64,000 bases of DNA from a virus, in the IMG/VR virus record IMGVR_UViG_3300017917_000601, positions 12,935 to 76,934 of that record. One strand, 5' to 3'. The notes beneath the pieces were generated by a model. It did no database searches. It was not told the origin of the DNA and was given only the letters and a program-made list of their open reading frames with translations. The position numbers and the translations under genes were made by a program. Shown piece after piece: positions 29,104-38,600 of the stretch. Position 1 is the first letter of the stretch, and each line of letters starts with the position of its first letter.

Positions 29104-29628
29104 ATGGCAAGTTTACAAGGAACGACAGTTAACGGATTACTGACAATAACAGGACAGACTGTTCTTGCAGGGAATTCAAATATTAGCCCATGGGTGCAAT
29201 TAAGCCACTGTCCTACACAATACTCTGTAGCAAATAATAGATTACACGTAAGAACACCGATCCCGGGAAACGCAATGGGTTGGAATCCGTTTATTTTGGA
29301 AGTAGTTGGTTATCATACATATAGCGGTGAAGTTACAGAAGATTTTAAAGCTGTTATGAATGTTAACGGTAGTCAAGGATCTCCTACTGGGTGGTACGGT
29401 AGTCAAATTTTTTCAAATAATGGTACAAACACAGCACCGTTTGTATATCTATCCAACAGTACATACGGTGGTGAACATCGCGTATGTTTTTCAGTAAACA
29501 TGGTTAGCTGTTGTTGTACTGGAAATATTTGGGTAAGATGGTTTAATGGTTCAAGTTATTGGAATAGTTTTGCTTGGGCAACTGCTTCGTCTAGCGATAG
29601 CCAGGCTAGTCCAGTTAAGCAATTTTAA
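29104..29628 (+). CDS. Cys-Cys-Cys motif protein, paralogue 2
   Basis: LHVRTPIP, GWNPFILEVVGYHTYSGE, SCCCTGNIWVRW. Confidence 0.75.
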   Translation: MASLQGTTVNGLLTITGQTVLAGNSNISPWVQLSHCPTQYSVANNRLHVRTPIPGNAMGWNPFILEVVGYHTYSGEVTEDFKAVMNVNGSQGSPTGWYGSQIFSNNGTNTAPFVYLSNSTYGGEHRVCFSVNMVSCCCTGNIWVRWFNGSSYWNSFAWATASSSDSQASPVKQF

Positions 29629-29643
29629 AGAGATAAGTACAAC

Positions 29644-30189
29644 ATGGCAACATTTAACGTAAACACAACAATTAATGGAGACTTTACTAGTTCAACTGCT
29701 ATTTTAGACGGACAAAGTGACATGACTGAGTGGTATCAGCTCAATCATTGTGTTTGTCCAAGTAGTGACGGGACTAGTGACTGTATTGGTAACGGTAGAC
29801 CATATCTGCATGTTAGAACACCAATACCTGCAGACGAGTCTGCAGGTGTAGGTTGGGGGCCTTACATTTTAGAAGTAGTTGGATATCACAGCTACTCAGG
29901 AGAGAGATGGCACGATTTTAAAGCTATTGTAAACACAACCGGTGATGGTACAAATTCTTGGTACGGAAGCCAAGTCCGTGTTAATACTGGTAATGCTAGT
30001 TCTGAACCGTTTGTGTATAGATCTTCAAGCACTTATGGCGGATTTAGACGTATGTGTTTTGCTATTGGTAAAATTAGCTGTTGCTGTACTGGAAACCTAT
30101 GGGTTCGTATTTGGACTAACAGTGGGTTTAGAGCTAGTTTTCCATGGGCTACAGAAACTGCTAATACAAACAGCACACTAAGATTTTAA
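29644..30189 (+). CDS. Cys-Cys-Cys motif protein, paralogue 3
   Basis: LHVRTPIP, GWGPYILEVVGYHSYSGE, SCCCTGNLWVRIW. Confidence 0.75.
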   Translation: MATFNVNTTINGDFTSSTAILDGQSDMTEWYQLNHCVCPSSDGTSDCIGNGRPYLHVRTPIPADESAGVGWGPYILEVVGYHSYSGERWHDFKAIVNTTGDGTNSWYGSQVRVNTGNASSEPFVYRSSSTYGGFRRMCFAIGKISCCCTGNLWVRIWTNSGFRASFPWATETANTNSTLRF

Positions 30190-30201
30190 AGGAAAAAGAT
30201 T

Positions 30202-30600
30202 ATGTATCATTACAGATGGCAAATTGCTAGAGTTGATGGATTTCAGCAACACCCCGAGTTAACATTAGAAAATGTTATTGCTGAAGTATATTGGGAATTA
30301 GAAGTAAGAGACACAAGTGACATGAGTGTTCATTACATTCGTGCAATGACTAAACTTCCAGATCCTACACCAAACGATTTTACTGATTATATTGATTTAA
30401 ATCATACCGATATTTTATCAATGGTATGGTCAGTCGAAGGCGGTAGAGAAGCACTTGAACAGAGAGCTAAACAAGAGCTAGATGAATTAAGAAATCCTGC
30501 TACAAAGATTCAAACATTACCAAAACACTGGTTAGCAGATTGCTGTCCAGATGGTACAAATATTGATTTAGCCGGAGCAGTTAGTTCTTCCGAAGGTTAA
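30202..30600 (+). CDS. Fibre-associated hypothetical protein (possible chaperone)
   Basis: Y.W.I...L.NVI..VYW, P.P.DF..Y.DL....IL..V pattern of small proteins that follow phage fibre genes; C-terminal DCCPDG. Confidence 0.6.
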   Translation: MYHYRWQIARVDGFQQHPELTLENVIAEVYWELEVRDTSDMSVHYIRAMTKLPDPTPNDFTDYIDLNHTDILSMVWSVEGGREALEQRAKQELDELRNPATKIQTLPKHWLADCCPDGTNIDLAGAVSSSEG

Positions 30601-30602
30601 GC

Positions 30603-30830
30603 ATGAGTTTAAAAGATACAGTTACACATTTTAAAGATATCGTTGTAAAAGCTGGTCAAACACTTGACGAAGCAATTGAAGAAAATCGCAAGCAGGGAAA
30701 AATTAAATTAGACATCTGCAAACAATGCGAAAACTTTAATATGTCTACGAGATTTTGTGGAATATGTCATTGCTTTATGCCAGCAAAAACTCGAATACCA
30801 GGAATGAAATGTCCAATTGACAAGTGGTAA
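30603..30830 (+). CDS. Small Cys-rich metal-binding protein
   Basis: ICKQC...FCGICHCFMPAKTR....CPIDKW. Confidence 0.75.
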   Translation: MSLKDTVTHFKDIVVKAGQTLDEAIEENRKQGKIKLDICKQCENFNMSTRFCGICHCFMPAKTRIPGMKCPIDKW

Positions 30831-30831
30831 A

Positions 30832-30856
30832 AAAAAGGGCTCTAAGAGCCCTTTTT
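30832..30856. terminator. Bidirectional intrinsic terminator
   Basis: AAAAAGGGCTC-taa-GAGCCCTTTTT between convergent genes. Confidence 0.85.
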
Positions 30857-30868
30857 ATTCTTTCTAGT

Positions 30869-32290
30869 TTATTTTCTTAAACTATCAATTTCAGCTTTTA
30901 ATGATTTAACAGCTTCGATCAAATAAGCAGTAAGTCTGTTATAACAAACTCCATCTGGCTTACCGTCTTTTAACTGCACCAAGTTGGGTAAAACTTCGTA
31001 AACTTGTTCAGCAATAAGTCCTGCTTCGTTCTTATTATCTGAACCTGCTGTACGATCGTATGTAACACCGTTTAACATTAAAATCTTGTCTAGAGCATCC
31101 ATAATTGGGTTAACATTCTCTTTGTAAGCAATACTTGAGTTTTCAGTAATTGTTCCAGAGAATGTAGCGTTACCGTTATTAGCCAGTGTTAATGCGTTAA
31201 TACCGTTAGTTGACCAAGAGCCGCCAGATGCATTATTAGTTGCATTAACCCAAAATCTTAAAGAACCACCAGTATTAGTATTACCAGCAACGATTTCGTT
31301 GTTACCGTTATTGCCTAATTGTAGTACGTTCCAGCTTAGGCCTGCTGAATAGCTATCGCTACTGTCATATCTTGCCTTAATTGTGTTGCCGCTAGCTACA
31401 GTTAATGCGCCAGCAACACTAGTTGCACCGGTAATTGATGCTCCGCCACTTGCTACTGTTAGGCCGCCAGTGATGTTTGCACCACCAGTACTAACTGTTA
31501 ACTGACCACCAATTGTGCTTGCCGCGCCAGTAAACAAGTTTCCACTAATACCAACGCCGCCAGTGACTACTAACGTGCCAGAGGTAGAATTAGTTGCCGC
31601 GGTTCCTGCAGTAAATGTTGTTGCCGCATTAGATGTTAATGTAGTAAATGCACCAGTGCCGCGTGTGGTAGCACCAATGTTCATACCATTAATGTTACCT
31701 GCGGTTGCTGATGTAATAGTAATTGTACCAGCACCAGTTGTTGTGATACTTTGATTGTTAGTACCAGTGTCTAAGTTAACTGCACCGTTAGCGGCTAAAG
31801 TAGTAAATGCACCAGTGCCGCGTGTAGTAGCACCAATGTTCATTCTATTGATGTTACCAGCAGTTCCTGGGTTAATTGTAACAGTACCAGTTCCAGTTGG
31901 TTGGAAACTAAATGTTGCGTTTGTTCCATTAGCAGTAATATTACCTGTTACGGTTAAGTCTGAAATGTTTGCCGCGCCACCGTTTTGACTTACAATAATA
32001 TAATCAGTTCCATCAGAAGCTAGTGTAATACTAGTTCCTGTACCAACTGTTTGTGTGCTAGTTCCTGATGAGCCGTTGCCGCGAAATACACCACTCGGAG
32101 ATGATAGAGTTATATTACCGCTGGCAGCATTGAAGAAACTTTGAGACACACCGCTAATTAAAGTTGGGTTAGGAACTGTAACTGTATAACTAGTTCCTGT
32201 AAACTTTGTAAAAACACCTTCACCCGGCGTAACTTGTGTAGTTGTCGTAGTGGTCGATGCTGTTTGTAGTACGGTATTATAACGTGCCAT
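30869..32290 (-). CDS. Tail fibre with C-terminal S74-type self-cleaving chaperone
   Basis: Gly/Thr beta repeats; ENSSIAYKENV...GLIAEQV...YLIEAVKSL. Confidence 0.85.
   Translation of the reverse strand: MARYNTVLQTASTTTTTTQVTPGEGVFTKFTGTSYTVTVPNPTLISGVSQSFFNAASGNITLSSPSGVFRGNGSSGTSTQTVGTGTSITLASDGTDYIIVSQNGGAANISDLTVTGNITANGTNATFSFQPTGTGTVTINPGTAGNINRMNIGATTRGTGAFTTLAANGAVNLDTGTNNQSITTTGAGTITITSATAGNINGMNIGATTRGTGAFTTLTSNAATTFTAGTAATNSTSGTLVVTGGVGISGNLFTGAASTIGGQLTVSTGGANITGGLTVASGGASITGATSVAGALTVASGNTIKARYDSSDSYSAGLSWNVLQLGNNGNNEIVAGNTNTGGSLRFWVNATNNASGGSWSTNGINALTLANNGNATFSGTITENSSIAYKENVNPIMDALDKILMLNGVTYDRTAGSDNKNEAGLIAEQVYEVLPNLVQLKDGKPDGVCYNRLTAYLIEAVKSLKAEIDSLRK
31641..31843. repeat. 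44-bp direct repeat inside the fibre gene (31641-31684, 31800-31843; 1 mismatch)
   Basis: Encodes MNIGATTRGTGAFTT twice. Confidence 0.85.
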
Positions 32291-32311
32291 ATCTTATCTC
32301 TCTTTTTTCTA

Positions 32312-32644
32312 TTATGTAGTTGATGTTTCGATTCCGTAAACGTTAACGTTTACGCCGGCACCCGATGACGATACTAGCACATATTTTCCAGCATCTAAAA
32401 CTAGCCCTGTTCTTTCAAATACACCGTTTGGAACAATAGTTGTGCCCCATTCGATGAATTCACTTGAACCAGGTGAACTGCTTGATGTTGATAGTGCTAG
32501 TCTGATTGTCACAGACGAAGCCGATGTATTTGTAAAAGAAACGTTAAACACAGAGTAGTATCCAGCAGGTACAACATAAGCGTTTGTATATGTTGAAATG
32601 CTGCCTGATGATAACTGTGTTGTTCCTAGTCTTCCTGTTGCCAT
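32312..32644 (-). CDS. Small beta-rich virion connector-like protein
   Basis: 110 aa; similar in pattern to 49394-49732 and 59546-59860. Confidence 0.65.
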   Translation of the reverse strand: MATGRLGTTQLSSGSISTYTNAYVVPAGYYSVFNVSFTNTSASSVTIRLALSTSSSSPGSSEFIEWGTTIVPNGVFERTGLVLDAGKYVLVSSSGAGVNVNVYGIETSTT

Positions 32645-32663
32645 TTAAATTTCTCCAATAGTT

Positions 32664-35600
32664 TTATCTTTGTCCAAAATACACTAGTGCGACAGGAGCC
32701 CCGTCGATGCCGCCTACAAAGTTCATTCTTGCTGTAACTTTAATTTCACCACCCGTTGTAGTAGTAATTGTGTTATTAGCAATATAAATTTGTCCTGATG
32801 TAATTGTATTTACGTTTAGTGTACTCTGACCACCACCAATTTGTGCCGCAATATAGCTCTTGATAGCTTTCTGAGTAGGTATAACGTTATCGCTGTTAGC
32901 AGTAAAGTACGGGTCTGTACTAAACTGCGTAATAACCGCTGATCCAACGCCAATTGACACTGCACCAAGTTGCAATGATTGTAGACCTGCTAGGTTAAAC
33001 GCACTAGCGTTCAATGTAGCAGTACCAGTTGCCTGCTGAACTCCAAACAAGTTACCAACGTTAAAGTTACCATCTTGGTCAGTACTTGTGAAGAACACGC
33101 GACCGCCAGCTGTAGCTAATTGTTGATTTGCTTGGATTGCAGTAGAAGCATCAACGTTTGGATAGTTTGTCTGAGTTTGATTACCAGTACCAATGTACAA
33201 GAAGTCATGACCAGTTAGTCGAACTTGGCTGTACTTCAATCTAGTAGTAATTACGTCGTCGTGCTCCGGTGCTAACGATGTTGTTAGGCCTGGGCTAATC
33301 TGGAATTGTGCAGTGTAGTTGCCGGCTGTGCCTAATACGTTTGTAACGGCAACTAGTTTATACCAAGTATTTGGAATACTTGCAAACTGAACGTTTGCAC
33401 CCGGACTTGGTATAGTGAACAAGTTTGCCATGTTGATAAAGCTAGTATTTTGATAAGTATCAGCGTATCCATCACCAGTTAGTGTTGCAGTAGCAGTGGC
33501 ATTATTAACACCCCTATTACTGAAGCTTGGATTAGCCAATGCGCCATCGCCTGTTCTTACACGAATCGGTGCTGTGACTACTTTGTTAGGATCAAACTGT
33601 GATACTATTGGGCTAGCTCTATAAACTCCAGATAATCCAGATCCGGTAGTTAGCGGTATAGAAGTAGAACTTCCAGAAACTGCACTAACTTTAAACGATG
33701 TGTTAGCAACAATACTACCAGAAATAATATAGTATGTTGTACCAGTAGCTAGTCCGTAGTCATCTAATCCTTCAAAATCAATTGGTTGATTGTTGACTAA
33801 ATTGGTTGTGTCGGCTACTGTAATTACATCAGTCGCAGAATCTGTAGCAGTTACTATACCCTTAGCGTACCCAGAACCTGGATCAATAATTCTAAATTCT
33901 TGAACTTTACCGCTTAAGGCTCTGATCCTTCCTTGGGTTCTAGCACCAGTTCTAATGCTCGATGCAATAGTTCCACTAGTGTTAGAAATAGCAACCCATG
34001 TTGGTTGATTTCCAATTGCTGTCAGTAAAGGATTTCCAAATGCTAGAGCTTTCCAGTTAGTAGAACTGCCTGGCATTGATTCTTGTTTCCAAGTAACTCC
34101 ATCTGTACTAGTTGCACAAATGTTTTGACCGCTAGCGATTGCTATAAACAAACCTTGGCCGTACGCTACTTTAGACCAGTTTGCACTTAATGGCAGGCCG
34201 GCTGGTGATAAAATCCATGACACACCTTTGTTTATACTGTATGCAACTCTGCGGCCGCCTGTTTCAATTGCAACAAATCTGCCATTTCCGTATGCGACAC
34301 TCGACCATGTTGTGCTAGCAGGCAAATTACCCCCTGGCGCCCAAGTCACTCCGTTTGCAGATGTCGATGTTACAACACCACCAGTTTGAATAGCAACAAA
34401 TGTTCCGTTACCGTATGTAATGGCGCTGTAATTTCCAGCTGATAAACTAGCAATAGCTGAGGATCTGTTAATCCAAGTTACACCGTCAGTACTTGATACT
34501 GCGGTAGCTGTACCGCTATTTCCGCCCACCGCAACGTAAACACCGTTACCATATGTTATTGACTTTAGTGTTGTTTGACCTGTTGAGTTTGATGCTGACC
34601 ATGCTGATCCTAAAGCTGCCACAGTTTGGTAAGAAGAATCAGTCGAACCGTCTGCAACTGCGACAAATCTTGCACCAGTGTCAACAATAGTAACAGCAGG
34701 AACTGAGCTATATCCAACACCTCTGTTAGTTATAGTATACCCGCTAACACCATTGTTAGTTAGTGTTGCAGTAGCAGTAGCAAGTGTGCCCACGTAGCCC
34801 AACTGTGCACCATATGTTGCGGCTGAACCAATACCGTCAGTGAAGGTTGGGGGTGTAGCTGATAATGTTCCAGAAGTAATAGCTACATAATAGTTGGTTT
34901 GATCTGGATTTGGTGCTGTATCTAGATAATAGATAAAATCACCAGGGTTAACACTTAACCCGTTGCCCCATGGGTTTGCACCTGCAACCGGTGGCTCTAT
35001 AACTACACTAGGAGCACTGTAATAGTCTTGTCCCCAAGTGTTAGCAGTAATTACTGTAACTTGGTTAGTCTCAGCTGTAATTGAAGGTTGGCTAGTATAA
35101 CCAGATCCGTTAATTAGCATTGAAACAGTTTGTATAGTTCCGTTTAGTACTGTGCATGTAGCTGTTGCACCTGTACCGCCGCCGCCCTGGATTTTAATTA
35201 CAGGAGGAGTACTATATCCAAAGCCGCCGTTTAGGACGTTAATTGCTACAATTTGCGTAGCAGTAGTTCCAGTTCCAATTACTGCTTCAAATGTTGCACC
35301 CACACCACCGCGGCCACCAATAGTAACAGTAGCAGTAGCACCTTGTCCGCCGCCGTAAGTTATGTCAGACCAGTTTGCACTTGCTGGCAGAGCGCCGCCC
35401 GCGGTCCAAGATGTTCCATTAGAGCTGTAAGCTGTTCTAGTACTTGGGCCATTTGCAATAGCAACATAATTTCCGTTTGCATACTTTACGGCATTCCACT
35501 GTGCGTTTGCTCCGGGCATAGTTCTTGCCGCAGAGTTAAAACCAGGAGCACTATAAGACACTCTAGGTTCTATAATATATGCAGTTGTTAAATCTAAATT

Positions 35601-38600
35601 ATTAACAACAGCTCTACCAGGAATAACGTGATCCCATCCAGCTTCATATAAAGAAATAGTTTGTCCGCTAGTAGCTGTTAACCCAGTAACTGCTGATCCG
35701 CCAACTGTAGTTTTTAATGTAAATGTTGTTGCACTGTCAACAGACGCAACATAATAAACTGTGTTTGCGTTAAAGACTCCTGCTGTTGCGGCACTTAAAA
35801 ATATTGGTTGATTTACATATAAGGTTGCTGTGCTGGCTACTTGCAATACTGTAGTAGTTGACCCAGTTACAGTCAATGGTGTAAAGCTGTCTTTGTAAAC
35901 TTGAGCATCTTTACTACCGTTGTTATATGTTAAGATATTGGCATATTGGCCAACACCTGTACCAGCAGTAAGTTGAATTCTCATTCCAACATACGCACCG
36001 CTTAGTAGCGTATCAGTTGCGGCGATTGTAATATAACCAATTGCGCCGCCCTGTGCTACGTTTGCATTTGTTACATAACTTGTACCGCCTTCGCCGTTGC
36101 CGTCATTAAGGTCTAAAAGTCTTGTTTCGAATACACCAGCATCTCTGTATTCGTCGCCAATTGCAACAGCATTAAAACCAGAACCACTAATGTTATAAGA
36201 TGCGTTAGAATAGTGTTTACCTGCGTTCCTGAATTCAAATCTGTAGATTTCGTTTTCAGCATCTGTTACTACGCTAGTAATAAACGCATCGAAGTATCTG
36301 TTATCTACAGTACCGTTAATTGGTTCTTCAAACGAATCAACACCTTCAGCGATAACACCGTACACACCGTAAGAACTGTTACCGTTTGTAGCACGAATAC
36401 GTCCACCTAGTTCTGCTAGATAACCAGCATAACCATAGTAGTTAAACACAGAAACAAGTTCTGTTAATGAGTTGCTACCTGTACACCATACACCAATACC
36501 ATCGCTGATAATAGTAGTATAGTCGTTAGCAACCATTGATCGATAGCCGCCTGCATGTAAGGCACCGTCAATCTTAGCACCAGTACATGCTGTACCAAAC
36601 ATTGTACAGTTTTGTGTATAGCATGAACGACTATCAATCCAAACATTAGAATCGTTAGGTCCAAAGCCCGGATCAAGTGAAGCGTATGCTCCAGCGGTTG
36701 GTCTTCTTGTACCGTAGGCATTTGGAGTTGTCAATGTTCCGGATAGACCAGTCATTGTAATATTTCTAATACCAGATCCGTTACGAACCAAGAACATGTT
36801 TTCGAGTTGAGATCCATCAACTGCGTTTACATATTGAATAACTGCTCTAGTTGACTTGTAGTTACCTAGGTAGTTTAGGTCATACGCTAGTGCTTTAACG
36901 TATGCTTGAGTATCTCTTAAGCACTTAGCTAAATCATACGCATAAGTTACTGTCATTGTACCAGTACCGTCTAAGGTGATGTCAACTTCAATCGTTGATC
37001 CGCGCTGTGAAACAACAGTAAATGTTGAAGTTGTTGGAACTGTATAGACATAATAAGTCTGGCCAATAGTAATTCCGCTACCGGTTATGTTTGTTCCGCT
37101 GAATACAATAGGATCGCCAACAGTTAAATTATGAGCAGAGCTTGTTGTAAATCTATTATTAGATGCTGTTGTACTTGTAACAGTACCACCAAATGTATTA
37201 GATACCCATGCTGCCGCTTCTCTAGCAATAAATTCAGAGTTGGCTTTAAGAACTTCTGCTCCTCGAATTGTTTCTAGCACATTGTTATAAGAGATAGAAC
37301 CATGGACTTCTGGAGTATGGTTTGCAGTTACAGACGCTGTCATACTTCCAACAGTGTTGTTGATTACAAATGCAGATCCGCTCTTATAATTTTCAGTAAT
37401 AGTTAGTGCGGTTGAAGTTTCTACTGTGTTAATCCAATATACTTTATTTGATACTAGGCCACCAGCTTTATTAATAACAGCAGTCATTGATCCTGTATCT
37501 GTTGCTAAAGTTACGGCAGTGCCTCCGTTAGTTAGGCTTATAGTTATAGTGCTACTGCTGGCTGTTTTAACATAATATAACTGGAATGGGATAATATTTC
37601 CCATAGTGTTGCCAGTAAAGTAAATTTGCTGTCCTGGAGAAATTCCAAGATTAGACACTGTATCACTTAATGTAATTAAGTTGCCAGTAGCGTTTGTAGC
37701 ACTAGCAGTTGCAGTGGTGTTAGCAGGTAGATTGCTGAATGTAATTGGCATATTAGCAACCATACCGCTTGTGCTAGTAACTGTTAATCTGTTAGTGCCT
37801 GTTGTTACAGAAGTTAGTGTAGTTGTTTTAACACCACGAATTCTAGCAATAATATCGCCAATGGCTATCTGTAGTTGTGCTGTTGCGCCAGCGCCTGCGA
37901 TCATCTTTGCTTTTTGTCCAACGAAGTTTAGAGCACCTAAAGTTGCTGACTTTTGATTATTAACGTTGTCAACAAGTCGTTGAGCAGATGCGTTTAGTCT
38001 ATAGTAGGCTCTACCTGCTGATATAGAAGCAAAGTTACTGCCAAACACTAAGTCATCAGCCAATGCTTCTACAACTAATTGTGCATCTCTGTTTGTTAGA
38101 CTAGAATCAATAGCTGAGTCTTGGAAGAACTTGTAAACCCATTGCTGTGCATCTGAACCAATTTCTGCTTTCTTACTTAATAGGAATGTTCTTGAAGCTT
38201 GTAAGCTGGAACTTGTGAGTGCAATAGCGGCTGTAGGTTCAATTTTTGCGTTTGCTACACCGTTGTTAATCCAATCAAGCACATCTTGCACACGGTCTTG
38301 AGCAAATGTGCCTGCGCCTGCATTACCAGTCGAACCTGCTGTAACCTGTAGTACAGTGTTACCTGCTGTTGGTGTAACTGATGTTCCTTGAACAATCTGT
38401 CCAATGATAGTTTTTAGTCTGCCAAGAGCCGCTGTAACTGCTTCAAGGTATGAATCTCTAATTTGACGGATACCTAAAGAGTAGTAAGCACTGCCGTTTA
38501 TTAAACTTTGAGTGTTGCCGCCGTAGGTCATATCATACTGTAGGCCGTCAAGCACAAAACTAACATCGCGCACTGTTTCACTTTGATATAAGTCGCCAAA

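Noticed and set aside
15226-30189. Diversity-generating retroelement acting on the triplets
   Set aside because: No reverse transcriptase in the window and no near-identical template/variable repeat pair with adenine-specific mismatches seen; the paralogues diverge throughout.
28430-30868. Invertible (shufflon-like) tip cassette, since it faces the 473-aa fibre
   Set aside because: No flanking inverted repeats found by eye and no invertase in the window; the cassette has its own promoter cores and terminator.
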